From: Gemmatimonadales bacterium | GTDB lineage: Bacteria > Gemmatimonadota > Gemmatimonadetes > Gemmatimonadales > GWC2-71-9 | Length of the DNA: 64,000 nt | Direction: 5' to 3' | NCBI GenBank assembly: GCA_037189525.1 | Contig: JBBCJC010000001.1 | Coordinates: 672,001 to 736,000 of the forward strand | Part shown: positions 34,220 to 42,729 of the stretch, piece after piece | How positions within the stretch are numbered: position 1 is the stretch's first letter | Layout: every line of letters starts with the position of its first letter | Made by a program: the position numbers and the translations under genes | The notes under the pieces: generated by a model | The model's database searches: none | Told to the model about the DNA's origin: nothing | The model's input: the letters and a program-made list of their open reading frames with translations, nothing else

Positions 34220-35436
34220 TGCGCAACTCACTTCTGTGCGCGATTGCGCTTGCGAGCCTCGTAGCGCCGGCCGCATTTGCCCAGGTAGCAGTGCGCGGCG
34301 AAACCGTGCATACCATGGCCGGCGCGCCAATCCAGAACGGCGTCGTCCTGATCGGCCGGAACGGCAAGATCGAACGAGTCGGACCTGCTTCGAGCATCTC
34401 GATTCCCAACGGCTACCGAACCCTCTCGGCCAAGATCGTCACGCCCGGCCTGATCGATGCGCATACGGTGGTCGGCCTGGCCGGCTACCTCAATCAGCCG
34501 CATGACCAGGATCAGCTCGATCGCACCAACGCGATCCAGCCCGAACTCCGTGCTTTCGACGCCTACAATGCAGAGGAAGCGCTGGTCGAGTATCTGCGTA
34601 CCATGGGCGTGACGACACTGCACACCGGTCATGGCCCCGGCGCACTGATGAGCGGACAAACCATGATCGTGAAGACCCGCGGCCGTAACGTGGGTGAGGC
34701 GCTGGTCGACTCGGTCACCATGGTGGCGATGACGCTGGGACCGGAGGTCAGCCAGAACTTTGCCGGCCGCCCGGGTACGCGCAGCAAGGGGATGGCGCTG
34801 ATCCGCGCGGAGCTGATCAAGGGGCAGGAATACGCCCGAAATCGGAAGAACGCGACGGCCGACAAGCCCGTCACCCGCGACCTCAAGCTCGAGATCCTGG
34901 CCGACCTGCTCGAAGGCAAGGTCAAAGGCCTCGTGACGGCCAACCGGGTGAGCGAGATCCTGGCGGCCCTCCGGCTCCAGAAGGAGTTCGGCTTCCCGCT
35001 GGTGCTCGACGGCGCGGCCGAGTCGTACCTGGTGATCGATGAGATCAAGGCGGCGGGTGTGCCGGTGATCATTCACCCGACCATGGCGCGCCATGGCGGG
35101 ACGCTTCAGAACGCCACGTTCGAAACCGCCAAACTGCTGCGCGATGCCGGCATCCCGGTTGCTCTGCAGAGCGGATTCGAAGGCTATGTTCCGAAGACGC
35201 GGGTGGTGCTGTTCGAGGCGGCCATTGCGGCGGGCTACGGCCTTTCGTTCCAGGAAGCGCTGAACACGATCACCCTGGGCGCGGCGCGGATCCTGGGTAT
35301 CGCGAATCGGGTCGGGTCGCTCGAAGCCGGTAAGGACGGCGACGTGGCGCTGTTCGACGGTGATCCGTTCGAGTATCAGACGCGGGTTTGTGGTGTGGTG
35401 ATCGAAGGTGCGGTCGTGAGCGAGCGCTGTATCTGA
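34219..35436 (+). CDS. Secreted amidohydrolase homolog with degenerate metal ligands
   Basis: TGATG overlap; PGLIDAHT, VGSLEAGKDGD; most ligand positions substituted. Confidence 0.88.
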   Translation: MRNSLLCAIALASLVAPAAFAQVAVRGETVHTMAGAPIQNGVVLIGRNGKIERVGPASSISIPNGYRTLSAKIVTPGLIDAHTVVGLAGYLNQPHDQDQLDRTNAIQPELRAFDAYNAEEALVEYLRTMGVTTLHTGHGPGALMSGQTMIVKTRGRNVGEALVDSVTMVAMTLGPEVSQNFAGRPGTRSKGMALIRAELIKGQEYARNRKNATADKPVTRDLKLEILADLLEGKVKGLVTANRVSEILAALRLQKEFGFPLVLDGAAESYLVIDEIKAAGVPVIIHPTMARHGGTLQNATFETAKLLRDAGIPVALQSGFEGYVPKTRVVLFEAAIAAGYGLSFQEALNTITLGAARILGIANRVGSLEAGKDGDVALFDGDPFEYQTRVCGVVIEGAVVSERCI

Positions 35437-35444
35437 TCAAATGG

Positions 35445-35480
35445 GATGGCGGCCGGCTCCTCTCGAGAGCGGCCGCCATC
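35445..35480. terminator. Hairpin between convergent genes
   Basis: GATGGCGGCCG...CGGCCGCCATC, an 11-bp stem. Confidence 0.6.
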
Positions 35481-35501
35481 GCTACACTCGGCCTTACCAG
35501 A

Positions 35502-38105
35502 CTACCAATCGACGGCGAACTTGACGGTAAACGTTCGCGGTAGCGGAATTACCTCCCGATCGAGCGGCGCGTACTCATGGGCCCGTTGGCGAACCTCCGG
35601 GTCCCAGTATCGGAAGCCTGAGATCGTGAACAGGTTGCGCGCGGTCAAGCTCAGAGACACACGTTCGGCGCTGAGCCATCGCGCCAACCCACCGGAGGTC
35701 TGCCAGGCCAGCGCGAGTTCCCGCATCCGGCCGAACGAGGCATCGCGCAGAAAGTAGGTCTCTGGCTGGGCGAAGGCGGCGGCTTGTTCCTGGATCGAGG
35801 ACGACGGGTCGTTGGCCTCACGGCATGCGGCGTAAAAGCACTGCGCCATCGCCATGTAGCCTTCCGACCAATGTCCCCCCAGATAGTCGAAATGTCCGAG
35901 TAGGGAGACAGCACCGAATCGAAGCGTCCGTGTCACATCGAACCATACGCCCGCCGTTCGTGTGGGAATGGAGGATCCCCGCGGACCGAAAGACGTCGGG
36001 GCCGTGACTTGATACTCGGCTGCCGACAAGAGGCCGTCGCCGTCGAGATCCCTCACGTCTCCCATTGGCCAACCACATCGCGAGAACGGGTGGTGGCCCT
36101 CGTAGTAACTGCAGACACCAGGCGCAACGCTCGGCGGCGTTCCTTCACCACTCGACTTCAACGTGCTGGAGAGCAGCGCCCCGACGAATCCGGTGCGCAG
36201 CTGCCACGTCGGACCTCTCGCGAGCCAGGCCGTCGCGTCGACCTCGATACCAGTGTTGGCGATTTCCGCGCCGACATTAGTGGTAACGGTTCTCAATACC
36301 ATAGATGAGAAATCGAGCCTCGAACCCCATCCGTCGGTGGTACGCTGGGAGAAGCCGACCACCCCGACGTCCCACCACCCGCCGGGATCGCGGGTGCGGA
36401 GCCCGGCCTCCAGCTCTCGCGTTCGCTCCGGTTTCATTTCCCGAACCAGCTCAGGCCCCACCGTGATTGCTGGGGAAATCATCGGACCATCCACATCCGG
36501 CCGCCGTGCGGCAACGCCGAGCGCGACGTGCCCGGAGACCATACCGGTCCACCAGCCGCGCAGGTTGTATCCCCAAATCGGCGCTTCCCATCGCTCGAAG
36601 CGGCGGGCCTCATCGCGGCGCACCACCCCGCTCACGCCGACCCGACCGTCGCGCGTGGTCAGATCGGTGCGCAGCGCTCCCCCCGCCACACGGTACGCAT
36701 CCTCCATCCAGGCTTCCGTACCGCTGTCGCCATACCCCTCACGTATGTATCGGGTCGGCTGACGATCGCGCATCTGGTACGCCGGCGCCACCGTCAACCG
36801 AACCGGGCCGAGATCCACCGCCTGACTGAGCCCCAGCTCGAGCTGGACCTGATCGTCCTGATAAGCAAGCGAGTCAACCCGGATCAGGTTCTGCCCTCCG
36901 AAGGTGAACGTGTCCGGTGCCGCAATGCGTTGGTGGTGGCGATCCCATACCCCAGCCACCCGAAGCCAGGACCGGAAGTGCCGGGTCGGTTCCCAGGTTA
37001 CACCCGCGGACACGACGCGACGCAACAGCTCGCGATCGGATGCGCGACGATAGAAATCCGCCGGCCTGAGCAGGTCTCCCGTAATCCACGCCGCGGAATC
37101 CGGATACCTGGGGTCGGCCAGGTAATTCATCAAGAACGTTCCACCACCCGACGGCATACGCGGCGTCGCGGGCGTGAGCACCGTTTGCCGGGCCACGTTC
37201 CCTGCCACGGCAACCGACACGCCTTTCCCCAGATCGAGATCGATGGACCCGCGGCCGAACAACTCGCCTAGGCGATCGGGTCGAGCCAGGCGCGCAGCCT
37301 GATCACCGATCACCGTCTCGAGCCGCGCGCGTTCGCTGGGGGGCAGGTCAATTGCCCCGCGCCCACTGCTCCAGCGACCGCTTGCTGCGTAGCGCAGCCG
37401 CCCCGTCGTGCCCCTGGCGCCCAGGCGGAAACGGCCATGCGTTCCCGTCCCAGCCTGGCGGATGAGCGGATCAGTCGCCCCGTTTCGCAGCAGGAGCTGA
37501 CCGGGCTCGCAGGCACGGAGCGCCTGCGACATGAGCGGGCAGCCGCCCGGACCGCCCCCCGCCGCGGTCGTGAAATAGTTTGGCAAGCCGAAGTCAAACG
37601 GGGTACTGCTCGCACCCCATTCTGATCCCGCCGAGAATCGCGTACCGGGACTGCCGCGCCTGGTGGTCACACGGATCACGCCGTTGACCAGCCCCGCGCC
37701 GCGCCCCACCCCGGTCGTCAGGCCCGGTTCGACCTCGATGCGGTCGATCTCATCGGGGTCGAGCAGGTCGAGCAGAGGGACGAACAACAGCTGCGTACCG
37801 CCGAGCCCCGCAGCCGGCTGCACGGGCAGGATCACGCCATCGATCTCGAGCGCCGGATCGTTGGAGAACAGCAGGCTTCGCCAGCCCCGCATCCGCAACA
37901 GGCCGCCCGTACTGGAGAGCCCATCGGGTCGCAACATCGTCGCGCCGGCGAAGCGTCCCCCAATGGCTTCGGTGAGGTTCGGAACGGTGACCCGGTCGGT
38001 CGGCACGCGCGACGGGGCGGGTGGTGTACTGTCGGACTGCGCACTGAGGGGCTGGCCAGCAAGCACAAGAGCCAGCCCTGTGACGATGCCTCGGTAAATG
38101 GTCAT
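35502..38105 (-). CDS. Divergent SusC/RagA-like TonB-dependent receptor
   Basis: Signal peptide; plug LDPDEIDRIEV...NGVIRVTTRRG; KPERTRELEAG, NTGIEVD, DASFGRMRELAL, TARNL; terminal W. Confidence 0.82.
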   Translation of the reverse strand: MTIYRGIVTGLALVLAGQPLSAQSDSTPPAPSRVPTDRVTVPNLTEAIGGRFAGATMLRPDGLSSTGGLLRMRGWRSLLFSNDPALEIDGVILPVQPAAGLGGTQLLFVPLLDLLDPDEIDRIEVEPGLTTGVGRGAGLVNGVIRVTTRRGSPGTRFSAGSEWGASSTPFDFGLPNYFTTAAGGGPGGCPLMSQALRACEPGQLLLRNGATDPLIRQAGTGTHGRFRLGARGTTGRLRYAASGRWSSGRGAIDLPPSERARLETVIGDQAARLARPDRLGELFGRGSIDLDLGKGVSVAVAGNVARQTVLTPATPRMPSGGGTFLMNYLADPRYPDSAAWITGDLLRPADFYRRASDRELLRRVVSAGVTWEPTRHFRSWLRVAGVWDRHHQRIAAPDTFTFGGQNLIRVDSLAYQDDQVQLELGLSQAVDLGPVRLTVAPAYQMRDRQPTRYIREGYGDSGTEAWMEDAYRVAGGALRTDLTTRDGRVGVSGVVRRDEARRFERWEAPIWGYNLRGWWTGMVSGHVALGVAARRPDVDGPMISPAITVGPELVREMKPERTRELEAGLRTRDPGGWWDVGVVGFSQRTTDGWGSRLDFSSMVLRTVTTNVGAEIANTGIEVDATAWLARGPTWQLRTGFVGALLSSTLKSSGEGTPPSVAPGVCSYYEGHHPFSRCGWPMGDVRDLDGDGLLSAAEYQVTAPTSFGPRGSSIPTRTAGVWFDVTRTLRFGAVSLLGHFDYLGGHWSEGYMAMAQCFYAACREANDPSSSIQEQAAAFAQPETYFLRDASFGRMRELALAWQTSGGLARWLSAERVSLSLTARNLFTISGFRYWDPEVRQRAHEYAPLDREVIPLPRTFTVKFAVDW

Positions 38106-38179
38106 GGGGACGACGACGCTCTGCCTCTCGGGAAGGAGGTGCCGACCTGTCAGGCCGGCCTTGAACCTATCCTGCCAAG

Positions 38180-39397
38180 TTAGACCCGCTCCAGAATCGC
38201 CGCCATCCCCTGCCCGACGCCGATACAGAGCGCCACCAGCGCATAGCGCAGCTTCCGCTCCTCCAGTTCACGAACCGCGGTAAGTACGAGCCGCGCACCC
38301 GACATACCAAGCGGATGACCCAGCGCGATTGCGCCGCCGTTGGGATTGAGCCGCGGATCGTCGTCCGCAATGCCCAGCTCGCGGGTACAGGAGAGCACCT
38401 GCGCAGCAAAGGCCTCGTTGATTTCGATCAGATCCATTTGATCGAGCGTGAGTTCGGTCCGCGCCAGCAGCTTCCGGATCGCAAAGACCGGCCCGATCCC
38501 CATGATCCTGGGCTCGACCCCGGCCACCGCCGTGGCCACGATCCGGGCCTTGGGAATCAATCCGGCCCGGGCCGCTCCGGCCTCCGAGGCGAGCAGGAGC
38601 GCCGCGGCCCCGTCATTGAGCCCGGAGGCGTTGCCCGCCGTGACTGACCCCTTCCCGTCGGTGCGGAACGCCGGCTTGAGGCGCGCTAGCCCTTCGAGCG
38701 TCGAATCCGGGCGGATGAACTCATCGTGTTCGAAGAGGGTCGGCTCCTTGCCCTTACCCGCCGCGGGAATGGGTACTCCGACGATTTCCTTGGCAAACCG
38801 TCCGCGCGAGCGCGCCGCCGCCGCATTCTGCTGCGACCTGAGCGCGAACTTGTCCTGGTCTTCCCGGCTGATGGACCGGGTCTCCAACAGGTTCTCGGCG
38901 GTCTGGCCCATCGCGTCGACCCCGTAGGCCTCCTTCATCTTGGGATTGACGAACCGCCACCCCAGGCTGGTGTCGAATATCTCGATGTCCCGGGCAAAGG
39001 GCCGAGCCGCTTTGCCGAGCACGAAGGGAGCCCGGGTCATCTGCTCAACCCCGCCGGCGATATAGAGGTCGCCCTCCCCCACCGCGATGGCCCGCGCCGC
39101 ATTGGCCACCGCGCCGAGCCCGGAGGCGCAGAGCCGATTGACCGTTTCTCCCGGTACCGACGTCGGCAGCCCGGCCAGGAGCCCGGCCATCCGGGCCACG
39201 TTCCGGTTGTCCTCGCCGGCCTGGTTGGCGCAACCGAGAATGACGTCCGCGATTTGGGTGGGGTCGAGCCCGGGGTGGCGAGCTACCAGGCTCCGAATGG
39301 TGTGAGCAGCGAGGTCGTCGGCCCGAACCGGCGACAGGGCACCACCAAGAGATCCGATCGGCGTCCGAACGCCGTCTACGACGAAGGCATGTGACAT
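38180..39397 (-). CDS. paaJ: 3-oxoadipyl-CoA thiolase (PaaJ/PcaF)
   Basis: GCANQAGEDNRNVARM, NRLCASG, NEAFAAQ, GHPLGMSG, LCIGVGQG. Confidence 0.92.
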   Translation of the reverse strand: MSHAFVVDGVRTPIGSLGGALSPVRADDLAAHTIRSLVARHPGLDPTQIADVILGCANQAGEDNRNVARMAGLLAGLPTSVPGETVNRLCASGLGAVANAARAIAVGEGDLYIAGGVEQMTRAPFVLGKAARPFARDIEIFDTSLGWRFVNPKMKEAYGVDAMGQTAENLLETRSISREDQDKFALRSQQNAAAARSRGRFAKEIVGVPIPAAGKGKEPTLFEHDEFIRPDSTLEGLARLKPAFRTDGKGSVTAGNASGLNDGAAALLLASEAGAARAGLIPKARIVATAVAGVEPRIMGIGPVFAIRKLLARTELTLDQMDLIEINEAFAAQVLSCTRELGIADDDPRLNPNGGAIALGHPLGMSGARLVLTAVRELEERKLRYALVALCIGVGQGMAAILERV

Positions 39398-39478
39398 GAC
39401 AGGAAAATAGCCGCGCCGCGTGACTCACCCCATTGCACCGATGGGGACTAGGACGACGTGAGGCTGTGCGATAGCTAC

Positions 39479-39763
39479 CTATCGCTTCGACACCTGCTCC
39501 CGATAGACCTCGAGCACGCGCTTCATGAGGCGTTGATACCCTCCCTTTCCCGCATGCTGCTTGTACCAGGCAAGGGTGTCCTGGGCCAGCCGGATCGAGA
39601 TGGCTTTGGTGGGCTCGACGAGGCGGACCGTCGACCAGTCGATATCATCTGGAATATCCGGGTCTCGCACTGCCTCGATCTCCTCGTCCGTCATGGCATC
39701 GAGTCGAGCGCGATCGACCCGCCCCAAGCCTGGACCGACCCGCGTCCTACGAACCTTGTGCAT
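39479..39763 (-). CDS. brnA: BrnA-family antitoxin
   Basis: LDAMTDEEI..DPD; ISIRLAQDTLAWYK...GYQRLM; overlaps brnT. Confidence 0.85.
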   Translation of the reverse strand: MHKVRRTRVGPGLGRVDRARLDAMTDEEIEAVRDPDIPDDIDWSTVRLVEPTKAISIRLAQDTLAWYKQHAGKGGYQRLMKRVLEVYREQVSKR

Positions 39764-40013
39764 ACAGTGTGCGCTCCTTGCGTGTACTGAGGCGAGCAGA
39801 AATGATCCGCCGCGCTGTGTCGCGATCCGTATACACCACGGTCAGCGCTCGACCATCGACCATACCCACGGCGACCATCCGTACCTCGCCGTATTCCCGC
39901 GGGTACTCCCACTCGACCGTCGGCCCGAGAAAAATGCGGACTGCGAAGCCGAAGTCGAAGCCACGCTTCTGGAGGCACCGCTCGGACTTGTCGGGGTCGT
40001 ATTCGACGATCAT
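39747..40013 (-). CDS. brnT: BrnT-family toxin
   Basis: EYDPDK...GFDF, YGEVR..AVG, VVYTDR...RIISAR...ER..Y. Confidence 0.9.
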   Translation of the reverse strand: MIVEYDPDKSERCLQKRGFDFGFAVRIFLGPTVEWEYPREYGEVRMVAVGMVDGRALTVVYTDRDTARRIISARLSTRKERTLYAQGS

Positions 40014-40016
40014 TCG

Positions 40017-40045
40017 AGTATATACAAATACATATACACGATCAA
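40017..40045 (-). promoter_or_regulatory. Putative brnTA promoter/operator
   Basis: TTGATC-N17-TATACT on the minus strand; inverted repeat GTATAT-N8-ATATAC (40018-40037); only 3 nt from the -10 to the ATG. Confidence 0.55.
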
Positions 40046-40291
40046 TAGCAGAGTGTTTAGGACGGCGAGCGACGCACTATCGGCCGAAGGACCGGTTTTG
40101 CCCCAAATGTCAGGCGCACCGATCAACCGATCCTCATCCCGTCCGCAACCCCGGATGAGACCGAGCCGTAATCGCTGCAACCACTGGGGCGGGCTGCGTC
40201 CGGGTCGCGCCCGCTCAGGTGCCTCAGATCCTGGGCTCGTGCTAAACTTCGGAGTTGTCCATTTGCCGTCCCACAACGAATCAGGACCCCG

Positions 40292-41068
40292 ATGAGCCAG
40301 GACTCCGTCCTCCTCGAGCGCCGCGATGCGGTCGCCCGCGTGACCCTCAACCGACCGGACGTTCTCAACAGCTTCGACAACCCGATGTTCGAGCGGTTCC
40401 TCGCCGTCCTGGATGAGATCCGGGCCGATCGCTCGCTTCGGGCCGTCTACCTGACAGGCGCGGGTCGAGGGTTCTGCGCCGGGCAGGACATCAGTGGCGG
40501 GGTTCCAGCAGGCCCCTACGGCACCCATCTCGAAAAGCACTGGAATCCGGTCGCGCGCGGACTTCGGACCCTCGACATCCCGGTCGTGGCCGCCGTGAAC
40601 GGTGTCGCAGCCGGGGCCGGCGCCAACGTGGCCCTGGCCGCCGACTTCGTGATCGCGGCCGAGGAGGCGTCATTCATCCAGGCATTCGTGAACATCGGCC
40701 TGGTTCCCGACACCGCCGGCACCTGGACCCTGCCCCGCCGAGTCGGTTACGCACGCGCCGCGGCGCTGCTGATGCTGGGCGACAAGCTGCCCGCCAAGCA
40801 GGCAGCCGATTGGGGACTGATCCTGAAGGCGGTGCCACTTGCCAACCTGGAAGCCGAAGCCTGGGGGCTGGCTCAACGCCTGGCCGCGATGCCGACCCTC
40901 GCCATCGGGCTCACCAAGCGCCTGCTCGACGCGTCGGCCACCAACACGCTGGAGCAGCAGTTGGCGCTCGAGGCCGAGTATCAGACCATTGCCGGTAACA
41001 GCGCCGACCACGCCGAGGGCGTCGCCGCTTTCCGTGAGAAGCGGAAACCCGCCTTCGGAGGCAAGTAA
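40292..41068 (+). CDS. paaG: Crotonase-family ring-1,2-epoxyphenylacetyl-CoA isomerase
   Basis: LNRPDVLNSF, GFCAGQD, NGVAAGAGAN, IGLVPD, EKRKPAF; paa context. Confidence 0.85.
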   Translation: MSQDSVLLERRDAVARVTLNRPDVLNSFDNPMFERFLAVLDEIRADRSLRAVYLTGAGRGFCAGQDISGGVPAGPYGTHLEKHWNPVARGLRTLDIPVVAAVNGVAAGAGANVALAADFVIAAEEASFIQAFVNIGLVPDTAGTWTLPRRVGYARAAALLMLGDKLPAKQAADWGLILKAVPLANLEAEAWGLAQRLAAMPTLAIGLTKRLLDASATNTLEQQLALEAEYQTIAGNSADHAEGVAAFREKRKPAFGGK

Positions 41069-41071
41069 GCG

Positions 41072-42259
41072 ATGGTGATCGATCGACAGACCGTCGTCGG
41101 TGTGCTGGGCGCCGGTACGATGGGGAGCGGGATTGCGCAGGTAGCGGCTGCGGCGGGCCATCGCGTCATCCTAGCCGACGTCTTTGCCGGTGCGGCCGAC
41201 AAAGCGAGGATCGCGCATGCCAAGACCATCGGGCGCGAAGTCGAGAAGGGCCGTCTCTCCGCCGAGGCGGCAGAGGCGCTGCTCAGCCGGATCGAGTATC
41301 ACACTCTGGCGCCGGGCGATTTTCTCGCGTTCGGCCCTTGCGGACTGGTGATCGAAGCGATCGTCGAAGACCTCGAGGTCAAACGGGCCACCTTCCGCCA
41401 CCTGGAGAATGTGCTGACCCGGAATGCGGTGCTCGGCACCAATACTTCATCGCTGTCCGTCACGGCCATCGGGGCCGGGTGTGAGCATCCGGAACGGGTC
41501 ATCGGGATCCACTTCTTCAACCCGGCGCCGGTGCTACCCCTGGTCGAGATCGTCCCAGGCGTTGCCACCGATCCGGCAGTGACGGAGTCGGTTCGCACGC
41601 TGGTCGACAGCTGGGGTAAAATCACGGTGCTTGCTTCGGACACGCCGGGCTTCATCGTCAATCGTGTAGCCCGTCCGTTTTACGGTGAGGCGCTCCGCAT
41701 CTTCGAAGAAGGCATTGCCGACAAAGCCACGATCGACTGGGCCATGCGCGATGCCGGACACTTCAAAATGGGTCCCTTCGAATTGATGGACCTGATCGGC
41801 AACGACGTGAACTACGCCGTGTCGCGATCGGTGTTCGAAGCCTTCGGATACGACCCGCGTTACCGCCCGTTCCTGACCCAGAAGCAACTGGTCGACGGAC
41901 GGTTGCTGGGTAGAAAAACCGGCCGCGGGCACTTCGACTACCGCGCGGGCGCCGTCAATCCCGAACCGACGCGCGACACCGATCTCGCCATCGCCATCTT
42001 CCCGCGCATCCTGGCCGTGCTGATCAACGCCGCCGTCGACGCGCTCTTCTGGCGAGTGGCCAATCGGGACGACCTCGATCTGGCCATGACCAAGGGCGTC
42101 AACTATCCCAAGGGCCTGCTCCGCTGGGCCGACGACATCGGGCTCGACCGGGTCCTCGAGCGCCTCGATCAGCTGCACGCTGAGTATGGCGACGATCGCT
42201 ATCGCGCGAGCCCGCTGCTCCGCCGGATGGTGGCGGAGGGCCGGACTTTCTACGGATGA
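41072..42259 (+). CDS. paaH: 3-hydroxyacyl-CoA dehydrogenase
   Basis: GAGTMGSGIA, EAIVE, TNTSSLS, HFFNP, DTPGFIVNRVARPFYGEA. Confidence 0.88.
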   Translation: MVIDRQTVVGVLGAGTMGSGIAQVAAAAGHRVILADVFAGAADKARIAHAKTIGREVEKGRLSAEAAEALLSRIEYHTLAPGDFLAFGPCGLVIEAIVEDLEVKRATFRHLENVLTRNAVLGTNTSSLSVTAIGAGCEHPERVIGIHFFNPAPVLPLVEIVPGVATDPAVTESVRTLVDSWGKITVLASDTPGFIVNRVARPFYGEALRIFEEGIADKATIDWAMRDAGHFKMGPFELMDLIGNDVNYAVSRSVFEAFGYDPRYRPFLTQKQLVDGRLLGRKTGRGHFDYRAGAVNPEPTRDTDLAIAIFPRILAVLINAAVDALFWRVANRDDLDLAMTKGVNYPKGLLRWADDIGLDRVLERLDQLHAEYGDDRYRASPLLRRMVAEGRTFYG

Positions 42260-42723
42260 GCGCCCAAGCCAGCCCGCAGCAGCAGGCGGAAGCGATCTTT
42301 GCCGCGATGACCGAGCGCGACAGTTTCAGCCGGTGGCTGGGCATCGAACTGCTCGAGCTCGCGCCGGAGCGAGCCGTGCTACGGATGGTCGTACGCGACG
42401 AGATGGTGAACGGATTCGGCGTCTGCCACGGCGGCGTCACCTTTGCTTTTGCCGACAGCGCCTTTGCCTTTGCCTGCAACACCCAGGGCAATGTGGCGGT
42501 CAGCATCGACGCCTCGATGAGCTATCCCGCCGCAGTGCACCCGGGTGATGTCCTGACGGCCAGCGCACGCGAAGTATCGCGCAGCAAGCGGATACTCTAC
42601 CATCAGGTCGACGTCACCAAAGCCGACGGCACGGTCGTCGGATTGTTTCGCGGTACCGCGTACCGCACCGAGAAACCTCACCTCCTCTCGCCGAACCCCG
42701 AAGCACCGGGGACGGCCCGCTAG
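42256..42723 (+). CDS. paaI: Phenylacetyl-CoA thioesterase (hotdog fold)
   Basis: DSFSRWLG, NGFGVCHGG..FAFADSAFAFACN. Confidence 0.92.
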   Translation: MSAQASPQQQAEAIFAAMTERDSFSRWLGIELLELAPERAVLRMVVRDEMVNGFGVCHGGVTFAFADSAFAFACNTQGNVAVSIDASMSYPAAVHPGDVLTASAREVSRSKRILYHQVDVTKADGTVVGLFRGTAYRTEKPHLLSPNPEAPGTAR

Positions 42724-42729
42724 GATATC

